A stretch of DNA of 63,980 bases, the filler included. It is 15 parts of 15 records of this genome, joined end to end, with 100 filler letters (N's around TTAATTAATTAA, not from the genome) between each part and the next. Parts side by side here need not be neighbours in the genome. Positions count along the whole stretch, not along the records: positions 33,119 to 38,215 come from SRR7504441_8586; positions 38,316 to 42,871 come from SRR7504441_8588; positions 42,972 to 46,060 come from SRR7504441_8589; 12 more parts are not named here. The stretch is one strand, 5' to 3'. A program made the translations under genes and the position numbers. Each line of letters starts with the position of its first letter. The first letter of the stretch is position 1. Below the pieces are notes generated by a model that did not search any database, was not told the DNA's origin, and worked only from the letters and a program-made list of their open reading frames with translations. This document shows positions 33,119 to 46,160 of this stretch, piece after piece.

Positions 33119-35939
33119 GGTGATCTCGAACAAATGGATGGAGCTCCGGACTCAGAGCAGGCGGTCGATGGCCCAGAGGACAAGGTTGCTTCTGCACTGC
33201 ACATAGCTGGGGCCGTCGAGAGTGCTCTCGGTCCAAGAAATGGGAGCCCCATAAGGAAGCGAAGCGCCCGGGCTGAAGAAGAGATCAAAGCAGCAAGGAA
33301 TGCTAGACTCGCAAAAGAGGAGCATGCAGCCCAGCAAACTTTAGAATCAGAGCAGCAGTTGCAAGCCGCAGAACAGCAGCAGGATTTATTGCTGGTTGAA
33401 GACGTCGAAGAACAGATTCGCGCTGCAAGAGAGGCCAGGATTGAAAAGGAGCGAGTGGATCAAGCAAATGAACAGAGCAGCCCTCGCACGATGGACGCAT
33501 GCGGAAGCACCCAGCTCACCAGAGCAGCTGCTGAAGAGCAGCTGACAGCAGCGTTGGCGACCCAAGAGCCTGAGGAAATAGCGTCAGCTAGAGAGCATTT
33601 GCGTACTGTTATCATGCATGAGACCGGAGCTGAATCATCTGACGGCGCTAATGCTGAGTTTGACATTACAAAAGGGCAGATAAGAAGTGCAAATCGGATC
33701 TCACAGCTATTACAGGACAATGCGAACGATTGTGAAAACGAGTCAAAGCAGCATTTGCTCAATAAGCAACCAGCAGTACTGAACCCTCCGGTGTCAATGT
33801 CAGGCAATGGCGTTGGGAGGCCCATTAAACAACCAGTACAAACAAACGGTAGCAGAAACCTGGAGCCGAGACTGACAAATGATATGAGCCCCCAAGAGCG
33901 GAAGGAGATGGAGCGCGACCTCATGGATTCTATGCAAGGCGTTAAACGTCAGAAGGAGCGATGTCGAGTGCCCAAACTTGAGAGGCATGCCAAGGCTGTT
34001 GTTCTAGGCCTAGCTGCTCGCGAGCCATGGGACGCCCTCCTTCTTGCTCATCTTCTCAGGCAGGTCTCGACTACATTGAATCACGTGCTAACGGTTCCAC
34101 ATGTGCTGCACCAGCTTGTCTTGACAGCTTCGGTATTCGTCACTAGCTTCAATTTGAGCGGGCAGCCAGTCTTAGAGGACACAGGCAGTTGGTTGCCTCA
34201 GGGGGCAGTCGATTATGACCTATGTGTGATTGCTCTGCAGCAAGTAGACCCAGACCATGAGCCACAGATCACAACAACGCTTGAGACGAATCTGGCACCC
34301 ACATATGTGAAAGTTGCCTCGCAGTCTGCTGCATCGCTCCTGATGGTTGTGTTTGCTCGCAAGCGTCACCTTGACTTTGTCACCAACGTGGTGTTTGCGG
34401 CTTCTGCCCGGGCCCAGGGCAACTCTGTTGCCGCTGCAAATAGCATCTCGCTCGAGTTCTATGGCAAAACCATGTGCCTGGTGGACGTGGACCTGCCATG
34501 CCACTCTGAATGGCCAGCAAAGGTGAGGAACGATTGTATCCGCTGCCTCTCCTACGACCTCGCAACTCAGCTTCGTCCGTCTGCAGCACCACAGATGGCG
34601 TGGTGTGAATTGTCAACTTGCTTTGATCTCTGCCTCTGGACTGGTTGCTTCGGATTTCCACTTATCGGTAAGCGAGAAGAAATACAGAGTTTGATTGCAG
34701 GTGGTGACTTGGCGGCGCTTCAAGAAAAGGATTCATTCCTGCAACAACGGCGTGAAGACGCTCTTTTGCACACATTTAATTCCAGTGACAAGGCAGTATA
34801 TGCGCTCCGTCCTATGTACCCTCTACCCCCGCGGAATGCAGAATCAGCAGAGCTGCACGACTTGCCCGAGCAGGATTCTGAATGCTGGGAGGTACCATGG
34901 CCGTCTCGCATGTTGTGGCGTCCAGCCTCCGGAGTCCAGTTTGGTCAAAGATGGCTGAAGACCGACCATCAATTGTGCACTTGTAGCAGTCACTGCCCCT
35001 TATCAGCTTTGTTTGAGCTTTCGCTGGACTGCCGCCCTCTACGGGCATCGCCAACTGCGCCTTTCGATAACCAGCAACTTGGGCTCGTCCTGCACGATCT
35101 CAGGGCCCACTTTGCACCCTCGGCAGATCATCATTTGGACTCTTTGGAGAGCAGCGGGCCGGATCGAGTATTTGTGATGTTTTCGGCGCATTTCCTACAG
35201 AATTCTGGGGTTTGTACCGGATTGGCTAATTCGAATCTTGGGTTGTATGAGTGGCCCCGGGTCGATACACCCATGCTGCGGTGCGTCAAGCACTTCATTC
35301 CATCCAAAGCACCGCTGCTCCACATAGACGCGTTTCAGGTTATTAATTAAGCCTCTGACGTGCTGTCCGGCTGACAGCTTGTTACAGGTTGGGAACGATG
35401 CTAAAGGCGCTCTGCAACCTGTTGGCTCAACAGCCATACGACTGCACGATGCAGATGGCGCGTGGATCGGATCAGAAGTTTCTGGCACTTTTGAATTCAA
35501 GGCAAACTTATCTCTGTGCGGATTCCCTGGTGGTACTATCACTGGGCGGCTCGGTGTCCACTGGCTGGATCCGCCAGCAGCTCCCGGAGCAATGCAGTCC
35601 TTTCTGGGGACAGTCTCGACTATGCTGGGAAATGAGTCGGTGCCAGAGCCACAGCGGCCTCGAAATATACAGGTCGCCCGGCTCAAAGCTTCAGCAAGGC
35701 GCCTTGACCCTGCTCGGCGCTGTCATCGCAGTGCCCCACAGTGCAAACCTCACACCGCGCCAATGAAAGCGCCAGCTTCTCGCAGCTGCATCAAGTGCCA
35801 TGATTTGCTGACTGCTTTCCAGACACCACGTCCTGGGTACAGTTGTGACAAGTGCGGATCTGGACTAGAGAAAGGCGCGCAAGCTTATGGGTGTAGGAGA
35901 TGTGACTACGATCAATGCGCCAAGTGCTACTTTACGTAG
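33119..35939 (+). CDS. Inositol polyphosphate 5-phosphatase-like protein with degenerate active site and C-terminal Cys-rich zinc finger, probably 5'-partial
   Basis: Ordered remnants of 5-phosphatase motifs (VTSFNLSG, DLCVIALQQ, WTGCFGFP, PWPSRMLWR, SSHCPLSALF); terminal CIKC..CDKC..CRRCDYDQCAKC. Confidence 0.65.
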
Positions 35940-36138
35940 AGGCCATTCCATAACTTACGCAGTACATGTTCGAGTACGAATTAAGAAGTACCAATTCTGT
36001 GTCTTTTCAGTACTGTGTCACATACCGTGACATGATTGTCACAACTGACTCTAACTTACTCATAGTAAAGTACTCAACTATCACTAATGAACTCGTTCAT
36101 ACTATATTAATGTCTTTTACATTAATTCATTTAGTTTA

Positions 36139-37852
36139 CTATAAGGTATCGGTTACCACACCATAGTCACTCAAACACTTCTCCATAGTCTCATCTGAGT
36201 AAGTTTGCATCACGCATAGTTGGGCCAGTTGCTGTCCCGCTGCAGTATCGACTCCGGTCATAGGCTTGACAATCGGTGATGCGTACCACGAAATGGGATC
36301 AGATGCATTTAGCGGAACGAACCCAGAGTCGCGATTGTTCCAAAATGTATGCCAGAGCCCGGGTACCGTGTTCCCAGCCGCCCTGAAGGTCTCGATCAGC
36401 TGAAGTAGCACCGCATTGGTGAGCGGTCCATCTCCGCTAATCTCGTATGCCGAACGGAAGGAGTACCGCTTTCGCCATTCGAGCGGCTCTTGATAAACGT
36501 CGGTAGAGTAGGCGATTAGATCTTGGACCTGGCCGTTCTGGTCGAGTTCGATGATGGTGAACCCTGGGTTGTTGCCCATGTGCGCTTCCACCTGCTCTCG
36601 GCCGCTCAGCCCGGCCCAGTCTGGCCGCACCCACCGCGGTCGTGATGAACAGCGGCGGAAAGTGCTCCAAGGACGACTGGCTGAATGGCCAGGCTTGGGA
36701 GAGCGCTCCGAATGAAGTCTTGTGCGTGTGCCCAAAGAGCTGAGCTCGGACCACAGCGCCGAATTGGTTCAGAATGGCCAGATACTTGAGCACGTACTGC
36801 TGCTTCCAGAGCGCTGTCTGCGAGTACGGGTCCAGCAGGTACGGAATGTGCCCGAGGATCAGGCAGCCCCGACCCTGCTCTGCCATCGCGGCCAGCTGTG
36901 AACTCAGCCACGCAAACTGGCCAAACGGGTCTTCTTCACCGGATGAATCATAGTTGATTGAATAAATCACGGTATTGAGATTGAGCACAGTAAGCGCGGG
37001 GCTCTGGATCTCGAATGCAGAGTACCCACCTGCAGGCGCACTGAGCCGCTCTCAGCGTGCTGCGCACCCTGTATGAAGCGCGTAGCCTCGGTGTCGGACC
37101 AGAGTGTGGCGGTCGAGCCCTGGATGATGCTGAGCAAGCTCTGATTCAGGTTGCCGTAGTCGAACACGAAGTCGTTGTTCCCGAGCACCACCCCAAGCTG
37201 CAGCTCGTGCAGCTCAGCAGGCAGGTTCACAGTCTCTGCAGCTGGGAAGTGCTCTCCGATCAGCTCGCTCACTGCCCCGATCGCATCGATCACCACCCGC
37301 TGCGCCTCCTCCCGCCCGAGCCGCTCCGTGTGGTGCCGGGTAAAATCGCCCGTGGTGACCACAACATCGGGGGCGGTGAGCGAGGCGGCCGCGGTCAGCA
37401 GCTCGCGCACCAGCGCCAGCGAGGCGCAGCACATGTACTTGGAGTACGGGTTATCGTGCTTGCTCTTGCTGGCGCAGCTCGCATCGGAGATGTTTGGGCC
37501 GTCGTGCAGCCGGTGCTCCAGCGAGTTGCACCTGTCCACAGTGAGCGAGCTGATCGGGCCAGCGGCCTGACCCGCACTCCTTGCCGAGGCTGCCGTTGTA
37601 GTACCGGTCGTAGTGAAAGTCCGAGATCCACAGCAGCTTTGGGGACGATGGCCCGGCACCGGACGATCCGCCGCCCGACCAGTACACCAGCCACACCGTC
37701 ACCAGCACGGCAGCCAGCGCCGCCAGCCCGGCCGCCAGCCCGGCCAGGAGCCGCCAGTTGAGCCAGCTGCGCGGCTCGGGCACCGGCTGGCCGTGCTCAT
37801 CCACCAGCGCGAACTCGACCTCCACCGGCTCCCAGTCCTCCCCCGTGCCCAT
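36139..37852 (-). CDS. Calcineurin-like metallophosphoesterase (PPN1 endopolyphosphatase / acid sphingomyelinase-like), type II membrane protein
   Basis: N-terminal TM helix; WISDFHYD, TGDFTRH, LGNND, DPFGQFAWL, GHIP, GHTH, NNPGF. Confidence 0.85.
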
Positions 37853-38547
37853 TGCCGCCGCCAAGCTGTGGCCGTCGTTGGCAACTGCTAACGGCATCCT
37901 CGGGTGCGTCCCTGGACTGGAGCTCGGGTGGCTCCGACCGACTCCGAGTCTCCGACCTGTCAGACGAGGAGACCTTTGGGGAGAAGATGCTCCGGGTCAA
38001 GGAGGCCTCCATCTCCACTCCCGAGGCTGTGGCCCGCTGGTTGGCCAGGGAGGACGGCCGTCTTCCACAAGGTCAGCTCCTCACAACGCTCACAATTCAG
38101 ACAATCAAGGTCTGCTCTTGTTGTCCCGTGCGCGTACACCATGTGCTCCAAGGCAGCGCGATCACGATTGCACTCGTGGCGCAGAACGACCGTGCCCGGA
38201 GCTCCACCGGGGGGTNNNNNNNNNNNNNNNNNNNNNNNNNNNNNNNNNNNNNNNNNNNNTTAATTAATTAANNNNNNNNNNNNNNNNNNNNNNNNNNNNN
38301 NNNNNNNNNNNNNNNACGGCTTACTTCCACTAACCCCCTATCTAATGTCTAAACTATCTATCTTGCTGTAGCTCTGCAACACCTCGCTCGTCAGCTGATC
38401 ACTCACGAGTGTGTTTCGCAACTTCACGTGCATAATTGTACGAGTATTGTACGTACGAGTAATCACCAATGGATTTGAGACGTTCAGCTCACGTTCAGCT
38501 CTTTCAACTCGAAACCATTCATTTCAATGGAGGTCTAAAAATTTCAA

Positions 38548-41377
38548 TTAGAGGCTTGATACCGATCTAGTCGCATGCATGCGGTACACAACGAGTCCCA
38601 GTGACGACGCAGCGGCCATTGTTGCTGCAAGCCCGACAACTCGTCGCTGAGCGGTCGTGTTTGACTTGACTTCCGGTTGATTTGGGCGTGCAGGCTTGTC
38701 TTCCTTGGTGACAACCCAGCGTGTAAGCCACTCGTGCGTCTCATAGAGGCAGTGCATGATTGACTCCCGGGACTTGTACCCGTGGCCCTCAAACGGCAGC
38801 ATGCAAAGCTTGGAGATCCCGCCCTGGCCTGCGATCGCTGCGTACATTCGCTCGCTCTGCAGGCACAAGATCAGTACGTACAATTATTCTTTGGTGACCT
38901 GCATTGGATGGGTGCCAGAGTTGGGGTCATTCTGGCCATGAATTAGCAGCAACGGCGCCTGCTTATCTGCCAGGCGCTTGGCGTAGCTGAACGGCGAGAG
39001 CTTGTGGTACGTTTCGGGAACCTCCCAGTAATCCCTTTCTTCGGACTGAAACCCGTTTGGAGTGAGAGTCCGATTGTACGCGCCGCTCCGAGCAATGCCG
39101 GCGGCAAACAGGTCAGTGTGCGCGAGGAGATGTGCAGTCATGAACGCTCCATAGGAGTGGCCGCCGACTGCGATTGCCCCTCGGGTGGCTACTCCGCGCC
39201 GGCAGAGCTCCTGCACAGCAGCGTCTGCGTTCGCCTGCACTTGCTCCACGAAAGTGTCGTTTGGCTCTTTCTCACCGGCCCCTAGGATGGGCATCCCGAA
39301 CCGCTCGAGCACCACCCAGCCCTGTGTCAGCCACAAGGTGGGTCGGGACCAGTGAGCCGTGGTGAACTTAAACGGCGACCCCTTCACCTCGCCGGCCGCT
39401 TTCGCGTTCTTGAAGCTCTGCGGGTCTGCCCGCCACAGATCAGGACAGCCAGCGGGCGGACTCACAGGCCCACATCAGGCATGGCCGTGGGCCGTCTCTG
39501 GCCGGATCATACCCGACCGGCAGGTAGAGCTTGGCAGTGAGCTGCACCCCGTCGGCCCTCGAGTACCTGACCATCTCTGTGCTCGTCTCCTTCAGCTCCG
39601 GCTGTGGATGCTCAAACTCTGTCAACAGCGTCTCCGCGCCCGACTCTAGGTTCCGGATTAGGTAGTTTGGCGGGTCGGCGGTCCCTTCTCGTCGGAGCAG
39701 CAGCAGTTCTTGCTTGCTGCCCAGCAGAAACACCGGCGCCTCGTAGCAAGCTGCCCGGGTCTCATCGGCCACCGCCTGCCCGCCTGGCTCCAGCGAAGGG
39801 TCCTCCGGCTCCTGCCCAGGCTCGAGCGGTCCGGCAGCGCTCCTCCAGAGCCGAGTGCGCACGGCGTTGGCCTCGAGAGGGACCAAGTCCACAAACGGCC
39901 TGCCGGTCTGTCAGCACCCGACTCAGCCGGCGGGCTGCCTGTCGCCTCGGGGAGAGGCCCCGTTCCCCATGAACACCACCGTGGGCGGTTGGCCGGGCGG
40001 GGAGTGCACGCACTGGAGGACCTTCTCGCATCGTTGGTTGGCCACTTCCTCGGGGCTGCCCGGGGCTGCGTAGCTGTCCTCGTAGCTCCGGTCCCACAGC
40101 TGGTGCCGCGCGCCGTCCAAGTCAACCCGCCACATCACCTCCCGGCGGTCCTTCCACCGGCGCTCCTTGACCAGCCCAACCCCTAGCTCAGTGAACCACC
40201 AGCCGGCCCAGCGCATCTCCAGCCCAAACCATTCCGTCCGCTCGCCCACGCTCCCGTCGGCACAATCGGCAGTGTATAACATATCCCGGAACCCCCCCGG
40301 CGACGGGTCGGATGCAGGGTCGCCGCCGTCGAGCGCTTCCACCCAGATCAGCCGGGCAGGGTGGCACGGGTGCCAGTAGCACGAGCGGGCGCCCGCCGTC
40401 CTTGCATCGAAGCCCTTGGGAACCGCATCCTGGAGCGGCACTCTAGCAAGCTCGCAGACAGACAGCTGGCCTCGGGTCGGCGGGATCCGCCAAAGCTCGA
40501 GCGAGTGCCCGAACCGGTAGGCTGGGACTTGGTACGAATACTGGGCCGGGTCCAGCCGCTCGACAAGAACACAGCTCGCGTCGGGGCTCGGCTGCACTCC
40601 GCCATGGATCAGTCCGGAGCCCAAGCTGACAGGCTCGGACCAGCCCCCGTCTGCGGGCGTGAGCATCACCAGCTCGGCCGCACTGAAGTGGCTGAGCAGC
40701 TGCTCGTCGTGCTGGTTCTTGAGCAGGTCTTGGTAGGTCCGGGCCGCCTTCCTTACCCCGCCCGAGCTCTCCTGTACGGGCGGCCCGGCCGGCACCAGCG
40801 GGCTGGCCGGCGGCTCGTTCGGGTGGTCGGCCGGCACCAGCTTGCACAGCAGCCGGCCGTCGGCGCACCAGCAGTGGGGCGAGCCGTGCACTGCCTGCAG
40901 CGTCCGCCCGCCTAGCGGCACCCGGCTCGCCCTGCACTCCTGCCCCTCCACCAGCCGGTCCGGGTCGAATTCGCAGCTCCAGAGCTCCAAACTCTCCGCC
41001 TCCGGCTCCGGCCGCAGCACGAACGCCAGGCCGCCTCCGGTGGGCCGCCACTGGACGTACCGCACCCCGTGCCGCTCGGGCAGCCCGGTTATGGGGATGG
41101 TCGGGCCGGCCGGGATCGGGCAGTCGGCACTGTCGAGCACCGGCCTGAGCCTGGGCTGGTGGAAGAAGCTCAGGTGCGACTGGGTCCACAGGGCCGGGTC
41201 CAGACGAATCCCAGCCAGCTTAAGCTCCGGCCGGGCCAGCTCCGCGAGCGGCGGGAGTGCAGGCCGGTCGAGCAGCAGCCCCCAGCGCCGGGAGGGATCC
41301 AGCGTGAAGGACGGCGTCGATGGCGCGTCCACCAGGCTGGCGATCCCGGCCGGCGGCATCTTGTAACCTCCGGACAT
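38548..41377 (-). CDS. Prolyl oligopeptidase family S9D glutamyl endopeptidase-like protein
   Basis: KAARTYQDLLKN, GGHSYGAFMTAHLLAH, GIARSGAYNRTLTPNGFQ, LLIHGQNDPNSGT, LPFEGHGYKSRES; hydrophobic C-terminal tail. Confidence 0.9.
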
Positions 41378-41536
41378 GTCGGTGATCGGCGTGTAGGTGG
41401 TCTGACAGTGAGCGCTTCCGAGAGCCGGTCGTTTGTCCCAACGGAAGCGAAGCGCGGGGTGACCGGGGGGACAGCGGGGCGCCCGATGGCTGGGGAGCCC
41501 GGCTGATCTGACTTGGACGAGATCCGGACGAGCTCA

Positions 41537-42586
41537 ATGTCAAGCGGGTCCCCCGACCCGCTCAACAGCGCGGTGGCCGACCTAGCCGGCTCGCTGGCCG
41601 CTTTCCGGCACGGAGTCGCCCGGCCTGGAGCCGATCCGTGTGCCACCGCTCGCCCGGGCCCTGAGAGCAGCGGGGCGCCGGCGGAGGAGCCGAGCGGCGA
41701 GCTGCTCAACAGCACAGTGGCCGACCTGGCCGGCACGCTCGGGGTCTCGGAGGAGGGCGAGCTGCCGCGGGGAGCGGCGCGGCTGGCCAAGGCGATGGGC
41801 GGCTCGTGCGGGGCGGCCGAGCTGGGCGAGCTGCTCACCAGTTCGCTCCGGGGACGGAGCTGGGATGCCGGGCAGGGCCGGGTGCTCAGCCATCGGGACG
41901 AGGCCAAGTTCCGGGCGGCGTACGAGCGGATCGTCGAGTCGGGCGACCCGCGGGCTGAGCTGGTCCTCGTGGCCGAGCTGCTCCGGGCGGAGGCCGTCAC
42001 CCGATCGGCGCCGCAGGGCCAGGCCGGGCCGAGCTGGCGGCTGCTGACGGCGGGCGGGGAGCACCAGTTTGCGAGCGGGCAGGTCGTGACGGTGGGTCGG
42101 GCTGGGGCCCAATATGCTAACGATGTGCCGGTGCCGGGTGGACGTGAGATCAGCAGGGTACACTGCGTGATACTCCCGGTGCAGGACGGGCAGATGGTGG
42201 TGTGCGATGTGGGCTCGGCCCCGGGGCTCCAGATTATCGAGCGGTCCGGCCGGCCCTACCACCAGTACAGCGTGCCCGGGGCGCGCCGACCGCTGCTGGT
42301 CGGGGCGGGGGAGACCGTGGTGCTGCAGCTCGGACAGGGCAGCCAGGCACCCAAGCTCACTGTCAACCCTAAGCGATGCGTGGTCTGCCTCAGCGCGCCA
42401 CGCACCGTCGAGTTTGATTGCGGCCACTTTGTTTGTTGCGCCGAGTGCGCCGTGCGAGTCGGCACGGCCTGCCCCATGTGCCGGGTGGAGTTGGGCGGCC
42501 AAGCGAGCGCCGTGCCGGACTTCAGAGCGAGCACAATGTGCTGGCCACCTGAGCTCACGCCACTAGCTCGCCGGGCCGTGGGATGA
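41537..42586 (+). CDS. FHA domain + C3HC4 RING protein, intronless
   Basis: FHA motifs VTVGR..ND..ISRVHC..DVGS; RING CVVC..CGHFVCCAECA..CPMCR. Confidence 0.85.
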   Translation: MSSGSPDPLNSAVADLAGSLAAFRHGVARPGADPCATARPGPESSGAPAEEPSGELLNSTVADLAGTLGVSEEGELPRGAARLAKAMGGSCGAAELGELLTSSLRGRSWDAGQGRVLSHRDEAKFRAAYERIVESGDPRAELVLVAELLRAEAVTRSAPQGQAGPSWRLLTAGGEHQFASGQVVTVGRAGAQYANDVPVPGGREISRVHCVILPVQDGQMVVCDVGSAPGLQIIERSGRPYHQYSVPGARRPLLVGAGETVVLQLGQGSQAPKLTVNPKRCVVCLSAPRTVEFDCGHFVCCAECAVRVGTACPMCRVELGGQASAVPDFRASTMCWPPELTPLARRAVG

Positions 42587-42971
42587 TTGCTCTTAACTGC
42601 TCTCCACGATTTAATTTAATGTCACGATTAGTTCCTACATAGATCTACTGTACTTTAGATCTACTTAAATGATCATGATACGAGTACGAGTACCCTCGTA
42701 CAATTCATGATTGTACGTACATGTACAGTACGTATGCTATCATGTCTCGTACAATCATGATGTCCATTTCATGTACAATCATGTACAATCATCAGGTACC
42801 CGAGTCGCGACAGATAGCTGCATGTCGGCGCACCCGTCACACCCGTGAGGTCGGCACCCTCGAGGTTGGCTNNNNNNNNNNNNNNNNNNNNNNNNNNNNN
42901 NNNNNNNNNNNNNNNTTAATTAATTAANNNNNNNNNNNNNNNNNNNNNNNNNNNNNNNNNNNNNNNNNNNN

Positions 42972-44019
42972 TATTATCTGGAGTTTGACTCCGACCTCAA
43001 TTCGCTTCTCAGGGCTTGGGGTATTTAACGATTGTGTCGCTGCCCCAACAATAGAACCTATGGCAGGCATTGGTGTCACTGGATTTCACGCCTATCGTCT
43101 GGGATTTTGTAGCCGCCAGCTTGTCACGCAGTGAGCTGTCCCGCGGTGGCTGGCATGAGGCTGTAGCAGGTTTATGTATGTCTGGCTGAATTTGGCTCTG
43201 ATTGATGCCTTCTTCCGGCCCACAATCTGGCTCGTTAAAAGTTTGCCTTTGTCACAGTATGTGATAGGAAAGCTCAGACATTGGCGGGACGAGACTCTGC
43301 CGGCTTGCGTCAGGCCGAGCAGCGCTCCCGAACCAGAGATAGCCTTAACCCAGAAAGCTGCATTTGAGTTGCAGCAAGATTTGGTGGACGTACTTACATT
43401 ATTGATAGTCGTCTGTGTGTTTGGAAACGTGGTCCCATTGCTATTGCTGCTGGCACCGATGGCAGTATGCCTTCTTCTTTGCGCCCATCAATGGTGTGAT
43501 ATGCGCAGCGCCCGGCCGTTTGGGCAGAAACTTGCTACGCACGTCCTAGTACAGCTGCCAGTCAGAACTTTCCAGGTCATCCACCTGCCCACTGGTGCCT
43601 CTTGGAGCCACGGGGCAGGCTATAATGCTCGTACTGAGCTGGTTGATGGCAATCTTTGTCATGATTGACCTGCAATATGGGATTTTTCCTCTCTTGCTCT
43701 TTGGCTGCTTCTGCGCCGCCGAGGCAATGTTTCTATCCAAACATGAGTTTCACTTGTGTAATAGGTGGCACTGCTTCTGTACCTAAGGCACTTCTGGAAG
43801 GCTCGGAGAATGTCTGACTCAACACGCAAGGAGATCATCTTCACCGCAACAAAGAGTAAGACGGCAAAGGGCGAAGGGACCTTGTCTATCGAATTGGTGA
43901 CTGTTGCGCCTTCCGACGTTGAGGACAGCTGCGGTGAGACTGTTGTGCGGAGAACAGTACTGTACAAGAATCCGCTGGCAACCGATAAAAGCGATCAAGA
44001 TTTCACGGTGGGGCATTGA
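42972..44019 (+). CDS. C-terminal part of a multi-pass membrane protein, 5'-partial
   Basis: Consecutive hydrophobic ORF segments (e.g. DVLTLLIVVCVFGNVVPLLLLLAP) linked by short introns and ending at TGA 44019. Family not recognised. Confidence 0.5.
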
Positions 44020-44313
44020 ACCCTATCGTGCTATGGTGCCCATTGTGAATCGATTGCTAAATTGATTGCATTTACATACGAAGTCTTTGACTCTTTGTTC
44101 TCGCCAATAATTTACATGTACTCTACATGCACGCTACATGCACGTTACATGCACGTAACACGCACAATTAGAGCAATTACTAGGTAAATTACTAGGCAAT
44201 ACGTATACTCGTAGTATACTCGCTGATTCGAGGACAATCGAGGCGTCCATACTGCATACACGCATGAAAATGTTAGTGTCGATCCACGCACCGTAACTGT
44301 ACACGGTTACAAG

Positions 44314-45991
44314 CTAGGCGCACTGTTGCCCTTTGCAATGCCATTGATTTAGCAAAGTCTTGCCGAGGCGTTCAGTCAGCTGTGGATCGGCGTCAAAGTA
44401 CAAATTATTGAGCTGGCCCGACAACAGGTTAACAGCAGATCAGCCCAAATACAATTGAGCCGCACCTGATACGGGTCGTCATCTAGGTCGTAGAGCTCGT
44501 GCCAATTCACGGCGTCGTAGTTGTAGTCGCTCACTGTGGTCAGCTCAGCATAGAGCATGTTACGCTGCTTTGGAGCTGCTGTCGGATCAATCACTCGTAG
44601 CGCCCGGAAAGTGTTATTAGGGCAGTCATTAATGCGCTCGGTGGTGTTTGACCAGTCAAGAAGCCCACTGTACTCAATGAGATACTCCCTGCGCTGCCAC
44701 GTGCTTTGCGTGTCCCGCCGTGACTCGAGCAGCCACGGGAGCACCGATTTCCCGTCCATCTGTGGAGCTACCGAGGCAGCGTCTAGGCCAGCCAGGTCCA
44801 AGAGAGTTGGTGCAATATCTGTATTTCCAGCGAGCTGCACCGGAGCGCTTGCTGGTGTGATGCCGGGCCCACGCACAAGGAAGGGCACACGGGCGTCAAA
44901 TTCATAGAAGTGGCTCTTGCCGGCCGCTAGTCTCAGATGGCCCAGGTGGTAACCATGATCAGACGTATAGAATATGAAGGTTTGCTCAAGGAGATTCAGA
45001 CGGTCGAGCGTTGTCACTACTTGATCCACTAGATCGTCCACACTCAACAGCGTTCGCCAGCGGTTGGTGTTAGTCTCGTCAAACTGCGCCGCCTCTGCAG
45101 AGGAAATCGCCGGATTTGACTCCAGCCAATCGACGTGGTTGTGTTCCGCTCTGCCGGTGTTGTTCCACGCTGGCGTGCGTGCTGCTTGAGATCCGCCCTT
45201 GAACTGGACGTCTGCGTACCACGGGGCGGGAGTCTGCGGCCCGTGCGGCGCCCGAGTGGCAGCGCTCACAAAGAACGGCCTGGCGAGCTTGCCGGGCGCC
45301 GCCTGGAACTCTCGGGCGTGGTCTTCAATAAACCGAATGGTCCTGTTGCCGATTATTGATGTGGAGTACTCGTCAGGCCGGTCGCCGGTTTGCAGGATCG
45401 AGCCATCCGACTGCACCCAAGGGATATTCTGCCCCGCCAGCCACTCAACCCGCGCTGCAGCACGTCTGCACTCACATAGTATGCAGTCACGCACATGCCG
45501 AGGAACTGATCCCACCCGGGCACCGGCGTCTTGCTCTCCTTGTGGCAGTACGGCTCCATCGCCGGGGGATTGAGGTACTTCCCGAAGTACGCCGTGGTGT
45601 AACCCGCCGACTGCAGGTAGTTGCCGTAGTGCTGCCGCTCGAACGAGCTGCTGCAGTTCATCCGCATGCATCCGCACCGATGCGGCCGGCCCACAGCCTC
45701 GTCACCGCAGCTGCTCCTGTGCCACTCCGGCCCGGGCCCGTCGCGCATGTTGTGATGGTACCGGCCCGACAGCGTCTCGGTGCGCGAGGGGCAACAGACT
45801 GGGGTGTTTACATACCAGTGCCGCATCGAAGCCCCGGCGCTGACCAGGTGTGTCTGCAACCTGGGCATGTGCGCCAGCCCGCCGATCTCGACGTCCTGAT
45901 CGTCCGTCTGGATGAGCACGATGTTGGGCAGCGCAGCCGCACTCAGCGAATGCAGCAGCAGCAGCAGTCGGCACGTAGAGCTCATCAGCAT
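44314..45991 (-). CDS. Formylglycine-dependent sulfatase, N-acetylglucosamine-6-sulfatase-like, secreted
   Basis: Signal peptide; PNIVLIQTDDQD, CCPSRTETLSGRY (CxPxR), GYTTAYFGKYLN, APHGP, YTSDHGYHLGH, YEFDARVPFLVRGPG, ELYDLDDDPYQ. Confidence 0.92.
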
Positions 45992-46160
45992 TTTGCAGCT
46001 CAGCAATGCCGTTAGTTGCCGTTCGGACTCATGGCCAGCTTGCAGCACAGCAGCTGGGAGNNNNNNNNNNNNNNNNNNNNNNNNNNNNNNNNNNNNNNNN
46101 NNNNTTAATTAATTAANNNNNNNNNNNNNNNNNNNNNNNNNNNNNNNNNNNNNNNNNNNN

